A stretch of 59,522 nt of DNA, counting the filler, from Dirinaria sp. TL-2023a (taxonomy: Eukaryota), in the NCBI GenBank assembly GCA_051941275.1. It is 10 parts of 10 records of this genome, joined end to end, with 100 filler letters (N's around TTAATTAATTAA, not from the genome) between each part and the next. Parts side by side here need not be neighbours in the genome. Positions count along the whole stretch, not along the records: positions 47,751 to 53,587 come from JAVEBF010001578.1; positions 53,688 to 59,522 come from JAVEBF010001579.1; 8 more parts are not named here. One strand, 5' to 3'. Below the pieces are notes generated by a model. The model saw only the letters and a program-made list of their open reading frames with translations. It searched no databases and was not told where the DNA came from. Numbering within the stretch: position 1 is the first letter of the stretch; each line of letters starts with the position of its first letter. Made by a program: the position numbers and the translations under genes. Positions 47,957 through 59,522 of the stretch are shown here, one piece after another.

Positions 47957-50222
47957 CTATCCATCTTCCTCGTCGGCACGAGCTACCCCTTCATTATCAT
48001 CTGACAAAGGGGATGGAGATGGTGAAAACGCTCGCTCGAGACTCGCATCGGCTTTCGTTGTCGCCCCGGGTTCGGGTCTCTCTCGTTTGACGGCCGCGAG
48101 GCCCAGGGAAGAGAGATAGAGCAGGCCCGGGTGTTTTGCGTTGTCGAGCGCGTTGAAGAAGCTGTGGAATCTATTTTTGTTTTGATTTTCGGGAGGTTAG
48201 CTTCTGTGTTACGGAGTTCAAAGAATAACCACTATTTTCAATTGAGAGGATTGGAAAAAGATTTCGCATGAAAGGCCGAAAAAAAAAAAAAAAAAAAAAG
48301 AAACGCTCACTGGCCATGCTCCTCCTCCTCGCGAAAGATCCGATCATAAATCTCCCGCTGCTTAAACTCCAGCATCTCCCGCTCGAATTTCCCAAAATCA
48401 ATCGCCGCGCGCTCAAACTGCTTCGCCTGCCTCTCATTATACATGTCAAACACCGGTCTCTCGAGGAGCAGCCCCAGCCCCGGCGCTTTCGGGATATTGA
48501 GTCTCTCGGCGGTGTAGCTTTGCCGGATGAGTTGTTGCGGGCACGCGCCGCAGCGGACGATGAGCGCGGCCACGGAGACCATTTTCCGGATCTGGTGCAT
48601 CATGAACGACTGCCCGTGGATTTTCAGGGAGAGCCATTCCGTGTTGCCGATTTGGAGAGGGGAGGCGGCTACGATGAAGGATTTTATGACGCGTTTCGCG
48701 GAGGGGTCCCGGAACGTTTTTTCGATGGTGTAGTTGTGGAAGTTGTGCGTTCCTACGAAATGGGAGAGGGTGGTTCGGATCCGTTCTAGGCGTTGGGAAT
48801 CGATGCGGTAGGCCTTTTTTGCGGTGATGTAGGCGGCTTTTAGTTGGCGGATGGCGGATTCAAGGGTTGATTTTTCTTTCACATGAGTCTCCGGGAGACT
48901 ATTTTCAAGCTTGGGCTCTGATTTGCTATTCTTCTCTTTCGTCTCTTCCGGTGATGCGGCGCTACCTAACCCAGATTCTGGATTTACGAGATTATCAAGG
49001 ACCTCTGATATTGCTGTACCTTCTTGAATATCTGGACGGTTACCCTCGTCTTCATCCAAATGGTGGAGTTGATTAGGGTCATTCGGCGTCTCTATTGCGG
49101 AAGTTTCTTCTATGGCCTTCGAATCAGTTGTAGTTTTCGCTAGTTCTTTTTCGGCATCTTTGAGGCTGATTTCATACAGAGCCTTGCGCACGATCGGGTG
49201 AACAGACGGATCTAGTTGATCAAATATTGGTTTGATAAACCTCTCTTCCACATCCGCCCAGTACGACGAAACTTCGCTTTGGCGTTCATGATAAGCCTCT
49301 AAGTCATTTGCTTCCTCGGCCAGGTGATCCAGCTTTCGGCCCAGATAGCTGTCCGGGTGAGGGGGTAGAAAACAGTGCGTAGGAATCAGATATTCATAGA
49401 TCCTTGAATCGCAGAATTGATATGCGCTGAAGCTAGAATTTGTTCGCTCAATGCCGAAGACCCGGATCTGTGGCGACAGATGCTCGTTGATCTTCTCAAC
49501 AATATTCGCGTCTTCAATAATCATTTTGAGTGAGATTAGGTTGCCAGCAGCATGTACTCCCTTGTCCGTTCGAGCGCATCTGACAAGGGATACCTTCTTA
49601 GGATCATCGGCATTGGCCTTGGAAATGGCGCCTGCGTCGACGAATGCCCGGAAGAGATCCCCTTCGATTGTTTTCTCTCTGTCAGTACTATTTGCTATCA
49701 ACAATTACTCAAACCTGAAATTTTACGACAATCATACAGCTGCATTCCCTTATATCCGCTGCCTGAGTAACCTATCATGACCGCGACTTTTCTTTTCGGT
49801 CGTTTAGTCTCGCTCTCAAGCTCCTCCTTTGAAAATTGGGTTGCGTAGACAGGCAAACCCCTTTCTTTACCATTTAGTTTCTGCCGCTTGGCCGATTGCC
49901 GGTTCTCTTCATTCCGAGCTCTCCGGTCTAGCCGTGTTCGACTTCATTACTTAGTGGGCAAAGGAAAATTAGGTGTTTAAAGCAATAGATACCTCCACTC
50001 GACTCGACCCATGTCCCCTTTCTTGCCGCGATTGGGTCCAGTGCCTCTGCTGTTCGGACCACCCCTGACTTGACCATTTCTGTCGCTCCTGCTCGATCTC
50101 TCAATACTGAGTTCGTCTTGACTACCCTGCGCCACCGAAGATTGCCGAGCGGACTGCATTGGAGTCGAAAAGGGATTGGAAAATTCCTTTGCATCAGCGG
50201 GTTGTGCTTCTGAATGATCCAT
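47957..50222 (-). CDS. PUS1: tRNA pseudouridine synthase 1 (TruA family); exons 50222-49993, 49941-49738, 49687-48311, 48170-47957
   Basis: PKRKVAVMIGYSGSGYKGMQL, catalytic RCARTDKGVHA, GTHNFHNYT, GQSFMMHQIRKM, IPKAPGLGLLLE. Confidence 0.96.
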
Positions 50223-50640
50223 CGTGCCAGCCAAAGCGCCGAGAACATACTGTGCAGATCATTGAGATACTTTACTGTAAGGTGCAATTGTATTGGGCAT
50301 CTCGGAGTTATCGGCAATTGTATCGACGCTAAGCCTAGACAGTGTTTAAGGCAACAACTGGAACAGCAACTCTTCAGTTCCCTCCATAGTATTATTGTCC
50401 TTTCAGGTAAACCTCAAAATCCCATTTACTTCTCCTTCCGTCCTTCGTTCTCTTCTTTTATCCTCCATGTATCCAGCTGTCGGCCAGATGTTCCCATTCA
50501 TCAAGAACTTCGTATGAGGCTATGATCAAGGTTGTTCAACAAGCTCTCACATTCTTTTACACTTCGGGTTTTTTGCAAATCCTAAGGCCATAATCTCAGA
50601 AAACTCCAAATCTCACGATACTTATTACTGTCTCGTCATA

Positions 50641-52117
50641 ATGGAACTGGCCAGAACTCTAATTCGTAGCACCGTCCGTGCCTTCTATGAGACTAGGCAT
50701 GTGCTGGTCATTGATGCCTTGATGGTTCACTCGGCGTAAGTGATACTCAAAGAAGCGAAGCTCATGAGCCCTGAAACCTTTCTTAGATTGCCCAACGAGG
50801 AGCTGGCAATACTGCTGGGCATGCAACAGAAAGATTTACGTAAACTATGTGCCAGGCTGAGAGAGGATCGGTTGATGACCACGTATGGCATTTTCTTCCA
50901 AGCAAAGTCTCCGAATTTGCAACTTTACTCTGACACTATCATCTAGCCATGTTCGGCAAGAATTTCGAGAGGGCCAACAACGCCCGGTAAATAGGGACTA
51001 CTACTATATCAACTTTCATAACACTATTGATGCTATTAAATATCGGGTTTTCTATCTCACCCAGAAGGTGAAGAACCTGTACAAGTCCAATGACGAACGC
51101 AAGGATTTCAAATGCCCCCGATGTGGGTCAAGCTGGAGCCAGCTGGAAGTCCTGGACAACTGCGGTCCCGAAGGCTTCCTCTGCCATCGCTGCGGCGGCT
51201 TGCTAGAACGTGATGAAGCAGCTGATGGCGAGTCGGGAGGCCATGAGATTCAAAGTAGATTGATGGGCCAGCTGGAAAAACTACTGAAGCTGCTACAGCA
51301 AGTTGATTCCGCTGAAATCCCGCAGAACGATTTTGAGTCGGCTTTGGCGGCTGCTATTCCTGTGAAGCGGAACGAAGACATCAACCCTACGCGGCCACTT
51401 GCTCCAACTGATGCTTCTCGTATTCAGCCTGCAACGGTCAAGGGTGTAGCTCAGGCGGCCGCACCACTGGAAATATCCTTGACCACCAATTCAGAGAAGA
51501 CTGCAGCGGAGCAAGCTGCCGAGGCTCAGCGCAAAGCCACAATCGCCGCCCAGAACGTCTTGCCAGATTGGATTCGAAGTTCTACAGTCACAGGCGAGAG
51601 AACTGCCGTCGGGATTGCCGAGCAAGATCGCATTGCAAACAGTACCTCGCTCGGGGTCACAAAGACTGAAGAAGAGGAGAAGAAGGATACCTCCGTCCTG
51701 AATGATGAACTAGCAGCTTATTACGCCCAAATGCAAGCAGAGAAGGAGAAAGAAGCGCTAGAAGATCGAGATGAATCCAGTGGGGATGACGAGGACGAAT
51801 TTGAGGATGTCGGCATCAATGCCACAAACGCGAGTACGCCTTCGAGTTCTGGATCAGGGGCCGCCAATGGTCCGAAAAACGGATTACTCACTGGGATATT
51901 GAAACGCCAGGCGAGCGAGTCAGAAAATAGTGCGACTCGAACTGGCACCGCAACACCTGCTGGCTCGCAACCGACTGCCGCGGAAGATTCTGGGCGGCCG
52001 GCGAAGAGGGTGAGGATTGAAGAACAGGAGAATGGAGAGCAGGAGAACAAGACTGCTCAAGCGGACAAAGTGTCCGATGAAGATGATGAGGGTGAATTTG
52101 AGGATGCCCTGCTCTAA
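50641..52117 (+). CDS. TFA1: TFIIE alpha subunit; exons 50641-50735, 50787-50882, 50947-52117
   Basis: N-terminal winged helix (LIRSTVRAFY...KDLRKLCARLREDRL, YYYINFH..IDAIKYR), zinc ribbon CPRC...CHRC, QNVLPDW, acidic DEFEDV/EFEDA motifs; divergent from PUS1. Confidence 0.95.
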
Positions 52118-52473
52118 GAGGCGGTCCGAACACTCTTCCTGATGCGTTGGATTTTTGGCGTTGTTTTATGATACCCCTGAGTGTAATGCACTCAATATAG
52201 TCTGATTGTGGGAAAAATAACAAATGCATAGAAAGTGATTCTACATAATCAGTCCACGTGATATGGTGAAAAGCCACTAGTCTGAAAGGGGACATCGGAG
52301 TCGACCCCGCCTAATCCGGCGTTAGCCCGACGCGTCCACAGCATTACAAGAAAAGTCTTCTTAAACACATACAAGCTCTGATAAGATCGCTCGACGGAGG
52401 TGCGAAGGCAAATCAAAGCTCTGCGTATCCATGAGCATACTTACTTGCACCCAAATCAATTACTGAAAAGAAA

Positions 52474-53587
52474 ATGCCGTTCCCAAAGCGAACAAAGGTA
52501 GCGCATTCGCAGTCCGACCCACGCGCGGCAAAGTCATCAACAGCTCAAGATGGCCACCCAATCGCGTCGCAAGGCTCACCAGCACGTACTACGAGCAACA
52601 GTGACGATAGCGAAGGTTTAGTCACAAGAGTTCCGGGCGCACGGAACCGACTTGGTGTTGCGCCGCAGGAAGCCACAATGAGTGGTGCGCTGGCTGGAGA
52701 AGATATCGCGGCGGCTCGTTCACGGCCCCCGAGAGGCAGGAAGAGAGCTTTGTTGTCGCAGCTGGCGAGAGAAGGTGATCAAGGTCGGGCTATCGAGGCT
52801 TTGAGAGCGCGCAAAGAGGCGGCTGAGAGGGCCACGAAAGAGCAAGAGGAGTCTACCCTCGGCGCGCAAGGGTCAGTTTCGCAACAGGTTCCGAAGGTGG
52901 CGGCTGCTCCAACGCTCCATGCACCGAAAACGCAGGCAACGAGTCACGTCAGAGCGCCAGCTCGAAGGGAGTCTTCGGTGCTTGCAGACTTCAAAAGGAG
53001 ACCTAGGCAGCCGAGTCTACTTCAAATGGCACATGCGCAGCGCGATGCTACGCAGGAGAACAAAGACGACGGTAATGATGATGATGACGACAGTCTGAAC
53101 GACTTCCAGCCGGAGGATGAGTCCACACCGTTCGCGAAGTCCAGGACGCAAGTCGAGAATTCTCAGAATACATCATCAGCGTCACCTTCCAGGCTTGAAC
53201 AATCTCCTGGCTCGCGCAAGCGTAAGCTGGCCATAGCAGAACCAGAGATCCAGGTTGCGGCCTCTCAGCCAACTCCATCACAGCCTTCATCGCCGCCCTC
53301 GTCACCACAAATGCTAGAGATGGATCCATTCGAGATTGCAATCGACAATGAAAATCCTGAACCATCACTACCAATCGTTCGCTCCACGGACCTCTCTTCC
53401 CAACTCGACCACTCGAACCTTGCACCACCAGCGAATTCTAGCTCTGCACCGCAATCGAAACCCAAGCAGCGCAAAACCCGCTCCCAAACCGCATCCAAGC
53501 CCAAAACGCCCAATCCCAGGCTCCAAAAAACAGCACACCATGAATCCTCCCCTCCTCTCTCCCCTCTCTCCTCCCTCTCCTCCCACC
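52474..53587 (+). CDS. Low-complexity, disordered hypothetical protein; 3'-truncated
   Basis: Open frame of more than 370 codons, S/P/R-rich, with motif LADFKRRPRQPSLLQM, an acidic patch DFQPEDESTP and basic SRKRKL. Confidence 0.7.
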
Positions 53588-53687
53588 NNNNNNNNNNNNN
53601 NNNNNNNNNNNNNNNNNNNNNNNNNNNNNNNTTAATTAATTAANNNNNNNNNNNNNNNNNNNNNNNNNNNNNNNNNNNNNNNNNNNN
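53588..53687. other. Artificial contig spacer 9
   Basis: N44-TTAATTAATTAA-N44. Confidence 0.99.
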
Positions 53688-54007
53688 AGCCTACTGAATA
53701 TGGAGGAGATTTCATTTAATCACGGGTAAGGAAATATTGGGGAAATAGCTCTTAATCATGCTTTCTTTTGTTTAACGATAATCATCTTAGACGCTTTTCG
53801 GGCTGCGGTAAGCTTGTTGAAAATGAAACTTCTAGAATGTGACGCATTTTAACATGGTTAAAATAGGAGTACAGCAACATCTCTCGGCTAGCAGGGCCGT
53901 CAAAGAAGCGATTATACCCAAAGTGATTGCAATTTCCTATACTATGCCATATGCTGTATACGTCAAGATACCTGACATTGTTTCCCAAGGGATTTATAAG
54001 TGCTATG

Positions 54008-55432
54008 TCAGCCGTCTCGCCGGTGCCGGAGCCTCCTGTGAAGTTCGAACAAGAACAAGCTGGCTACCACATAAGCCAGGCCCGCGAATATTTGCGGATA
54101 CAGATACGGTCTAGCTGAGCCGAGTCTTCGCAATTTCAAGGCGATGACCTCGGAAACTGATACCATTAGATATTATAACCCTCAATTTCAAAGAGGGGAA
54201 TACTGACAGAGAGTCGGTAAAACCGTAGTCAACCAAGATAGCGATAATAGAGACGGCAGCTTCTTGAGTCCAACGACCTCCACGCATAGTGGGCCAATTG
54301 TCTTGCACAGGTTAGCATACCCATGTGGTGTCCGAGGAGAATGCGCGCTACTCACTGGCCAAAACACTCCAAGAATCGCGCCGCTGATGAGAGCGAAGAC
54401 GACAGTGACTCCGAAGGAATTCGAAGGAAGCCAGAGGACAAAACACAAGAGCCCGCAAACCAGCGTCAGAGTAGCAGGCACCATTATCCTCCCGTATCGG
54501 TCACCAAGTGTGCCAATGAAAGGTCGTCCGACCGCAGTTCCCAAATTCAGAAATATGATCAAGTTCGTTGCCTGAGGTTGAGAAAGTCCAATCGACAGTG
54601 CGTAGTCAGGTAAAGAGTACAGCAGCGTTACGTAACCCAGCATGCTGACGAAAGCCCAGATCAATAGCAGCCATACCCTTGGGTCGGCGAGCAGTTTTAA
54701 ATCAAAGGGACGCTGGGTCGGCTGGATGACCCTGTTGCGGTCTCTGACGAAAGCTACTGCGATGCAATTCATCCCCAAGGAAAGGATCCCGATGAACCGA
54801 AGGGACCATTCCAAAGATATGTTCTCAATCATCTTTTGAGCGGTAAGTGAGAATATAATACCGCCAACGCCGGACGTACCAGCAGTAATACCATTGGCTA
54901 AGCTTCGTCTCTTTGAGAACCACTGAGACAGGATGGCTATGCTGGGTATGTAGAGGAAACCTACACCCAAGCCCACCAATACTCCTTGGGAGAGACACAG
55001 CTGCCAGGTTTCGTGTGCGAAGGAAGCAGAAATGAAGCCTCCGGCAAGTGCAAGTACACCGATACCCATTGGAAAGTGAATACCACGTTCTCGTGTCAGA
55101 ATGGTCACGAGAGGAGCGACAAGCATTGAAGCTGCATAGCTCAAACCGCCTACGAAGGCGAAGTCAATAGATGTCGCTCCCGGGAAAGTGTCATGTCGAA
55201 GATAATACGACAGAAACACGCCATAAGACTGATGAGCATATCAGTATCTCAAAAGTACAAATCAGATCCTAGCGTGACTGACAGATATTATACCCCAAGA
55301 GAAGCAATTTATGATGGAGCAAGCAGCCACACACATCCAGCCGTAACCACCGTCTGGCGGTGGAGGGGGAGCGCCTTCCTCTCGAAAGTTGTTCTCATGG
55401 ACACATGGGGCTGTAGATTCCGACTTTGGCAT
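54008..55432 (-). CDS. MFS transporter, monocarboxylate-permease-like (Mch-type); exons 55432-55283, 55228-54356, 54301-54208, 54156-54008
   Basis: PPPDGGYGW, SYGVFLSYY, QWFSKRRSLANG, GDRYGR; about 12 hydrophobic segments; three in-frame introns. Confidence 0.92.
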
Positions 55433-57257
55433 CTTGTTTGAACATGTGGCAAATTGCTTGCTATCCTTACAAAGCTAGTGCTATTGTCGTTTGTAGAAGG
55501 ATTAGCTGGAAATTGTGGACGAACAAGAGCGCTCTAGGCGATGAAGCAGACTGTGCTTCCGCTATAGGGATTGGCCCGCGTTAGGGCAATCTGAATATCG
55601 TATCTGCTCTGCAAAAGCCATTGGTTAATCGCACTCCTGAGAAATTGAGACATGCATGGATTCCCCTTGAGAAGAATTCGACGTCATGAAAGCACTTGTT
55701 GCCCATCATCCGACGATTATGCCAGTGTCAGGGCTTGATCCCCATGCGGAATCGCCAGATGGCAAGCATGCCAACTGTGCACCTAAGCATAGCTTGTACG
55801 CGATCCCGGAAATCCTTTGGACAGGAACAATTCCTCGCTATTGATTGTGAGTCTGGCATGAGCATATAAGAATCTCGTCTATCACGGCAGAGACGACGAG
55901 CCTATCGCCCGACAGCGATATCGCAAGTCGACATAAGGTCAGCACGCTAAAGGCCTCGAAATCTAGTGCTCAGTGAGATATTGCGAAAGGTGGCACGAGC
56001 TCTATACTCCACATCAGGGACGTTTCAAAATTAAAGCCATGCTGTGAGGTAGATCTTAGTCGCGATTGTTGGCTTATGAAGGAAGTTCGCATTTTTTGAC
56101 CGAGATGCGATATCCGGCTCTTTGACGCTGCGGCTTTACCAAAGGAATGTTAGGAACAGCGCCATCTTGAAGGTGCAGAGATCGTGCATCTTCGTCCCTC
56201 AATCAGAGGATTGACGTTTGAATATCGCATAAATAGTGTAGGGATTTGTAAGTATCCCATAGCTTGACGACGTTCGTTAAAACTTTGCCAGAAAGAGAGA
56301 TATCGCCTACTATGCTAGAAACCCTAATCATATATTTGCTTTGAAGGCGTAGATTGTTCAGATAATCTCAAAGTGGACTGCGTGCGATCTACACTTCATC
56401 GAATGTCGCCCATGGCAAAATTTCAGAGTGTAGCTCAATCCTTCATTGCCGCCAAGTCGCTAAGGATCTTAGATAGTAGTTGAGAAATGTCTTATTACCA
56501 ATCAATCTTTAGTGCCAATAGCACACTCTATCTACAGTCGGAGATGCTGGGGAGGGATGGGATGGCATCTTATCTCGTAGCAATTTAGGTCAGTCGGTGA
56601 GATCGCATGCAGGAAGTGGTCAAGCACATACTTCTCATACGACCGCACCGTGGATCTCGTCGGTGATTGCTTCACCAAGGGTACTGAGACGGCTAAGACA
56701 CAGAAGTAAGTCTTTATACAGGCTGATAAGTCTAAGACGGTCAAAGGCGTGAAGCTATAGAAATCTGAGATATTGAAGATAATCTGAGTGCGAGGCAGGC
56801 AGACCAAGCCTCTAATTCGGACTGTTTCGAATGCTAATAGGCGTTCAGTGTATTCAAGTCCATCCAGGTGACGGGCTGGATACAGACGCAATGATTCTTT
56901 TGAATTGGAGTTGACTGGTCGGTCTCTACTCCATGTGTTTTGCATAAGCGAAAACGGATCCCACAGATACCTATCCTGGATGCGTTCAGAAGCACAGAAT
57001 TGACAGCGCAACTTGTCACAGTCTTAGCTCCTATCATGACTTATCAAGTAGAGGGAATATTCAAAATCAGAAAGGAGAGCAGCAAAGAAGCACAATCCTT
57101 GCCGGAGTCGCGTTTAAGGCGGCAACTTGACGCTAGGCAAAATGGAGAAGGAAAGACACTCCGACCGTCCAAACCAAAAGTCGTTTTCAGAAGACAGGTT
57201 TATCGTTGCACTGCTCATTCCTGTGATCTAGTGCGCAAGAGAATAACAGAAGGGATC

Positions 57258-57960
57258 ATGGCGGCTGGCTCTGGTCTTGACAACCTACCTTTCGAGATCA
57301 CAGAGACTGACCGTCAAAACCTTGTCCAAGGAGATGAGAAATTTCAGCCACTTTCTTGGGACGAGTTGGGAGAGATCATAGGTAATGCACGCTATGACAG
57401 CTATGCAAAGCATCGTCGCTGAGGCTGCCGCAGCGAGGAACGATCTCGCGATACTCAAACGGAAACCTTCGGACCTTGTCCGCTATATTCATTGGACTCG
57501 GGAAACCAAGGCTACGTATGGCTCCATGACCAATTTTCTTCTCAAAGAAAGGCTGCATTGGAAGCCAGTATCGTCTTCGGAGGAAGACGGCCCTGTGTTC
57601 GCCACCGAAAGTAATGTTCCCTTCGGGAATCCGAAAGATAGGCTGATCCGATACAATGATTGGCCGTACGGGTTGGCGCCTGGGATCACTCACCTCGTTG
57701 TCTGGCTGAAGACTAGGATTCCTGTGGCCGGGGATGAAGGATACTTAACATCCGAGTCGAGAGAAATGATCGACGATTTTGTGACGCGTACCTTCAAAGA
57801 CCGCCTCCACGGCCAGGGCAATCCAGACGATAGCGTCATGTGGTTCAAGAATTGGGTTGGGCTTCAGAGCGTCCGAGGCGTAGAGCATTTTCACGTACTC
57901 CTTCGGAATGTTCCTCGATCGCTCCTCGATGAGTGGACAGCTGGACAATCGCCGCCGTGA
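57258..57960 (+). CDS. GIG1/DUF3605 family protein (N-acetylglucosamine-induced protein 1-like); intron 57382-57433
   Basis: NDWPYG...GITHLVVWLK and WFKNWVGLQSVRGVEHFHVLL motifs. Confidence 0.85.
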
Positions 57961-58717
57961 CTTCAGCTAATACGAAACGGTAGTCTGCAACGCCGTATGC
58001 GAATATTATGCAACATCTTAGCCTGCGACATACTACTGATAGATCCCATTGCTAAATGACGTTACGATTACTGTGTTGGCGCGTCGGAGCTTGCTGTTGG
58101 AGCGATGCGAGTGATAAGCCTGGAAAGCTCCAGTAGCAGTCTTGCAGCTCGGAAGTAGATGAATAGATACATAAATTAGATAGCATATATCAATACATAA
58201 TTCATTTCCTTGGACCCGTGAGGAATATTTCAAGGATCAAAGCAAATGTCTATCCATGGGTTATAGATAGTACTGAAGGCGCCAAGACTCCAAGGTCGAA
58301 AGTCGGCCACGGTCCGGCGGGCGCCAGGACGTCCAGACGCAAATGATGGCGCTAAGAAGCGGAACAGCAACAGTCATAATTTCACCAGCAAAATTCAGCT
58401 GGAAAAATCGTCCGGTAAGTGCTTCGCTTTTGAGCACTCGAAAACCGGCAGGACCAGCCCGTCAGGCCGCAGTGCACTTTGATTTTCATGACACTGTCGC
58501 GCCCCATCCTGGCCTAGCGTGTCGCTGAATCACGCTCCCACTTTCGAGACTACTTAATCCCCTATTTTCCTCGCCTTCTTCTTCTTCCTTCTTTTCCCCC
58601 CAAGACAGCATTTTCGCCACTATTTATCATCAACAACCACAACCACAACCACACTCCAGTTCCATCAACGAACACCCATTTCATCAACCCTTTACCTCAC
58701 CTTAACAACTAGGGAAT

Positions 58718-59520
<803 letters not shown>

Positions 59521-59522
59521 GC

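Noticed and set aside
55500..57200. ORFs of about 160 aa in the MFS-GIG1 intergenic region
   Set aside because: Non-ATG starts or simple upstream extension of the GIG1 frame; no protein-like features.

Overview
This is eukaryotic DNA from a filamentous ascomycete (Pezizomycotina; gene content hints at a lichen-forming lineage, which is inference only). It is not one locus. Ten unrelated contigs (5898, 5890, 5882, 5880, 5857, 5856, 5848, 5839, 5837 and 5835 bp, strictly decreasing) are joined by identical 100-bp spacers (N44-TTAATTAATTAA-N44), so neighbourhood arguments hold only within a contig. I hand-spliced 23 genes. Housekeeping genes: INO80, eEF2, a CWC16-family splicing factor, alternative oxidase, a GID4/Vid24-like receptor, RPS12, URH1, PUS1, TFIIE-alpha, an MFS transporter, a GIG1/DUF3605 protein and a solo histone H4. 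Accessory genes: F-box protein, secreted GH43, small secreted protein, secreted FAD oxidase, PD-(D/E)XK-like protein, multi-C2H2 protein, ankyrin-CorA-like protein, an orphan membrane protein and an 85-aa microprotein. Two further conserved unknowns are cut by contig ends. No tRNA, rRNA, CRISPR array or recognisable transposon was found. No complete novel multi-gene system can be proven from sequence alone. The best leads are: (1) a nuclease-like reading frame split by one in-frame TAG; (2) an oversized histone H4 intron with mutually exclusive hairpins; (3) an ankyrin-CorA-like gene beside an orphan membrane protein; (4) a splice choice that may give a GID4-like receptor its own N-terminal Pro; (5) a spliced microprotein with a repeated Trp motif; (6) frequent AAG splice acceptors.
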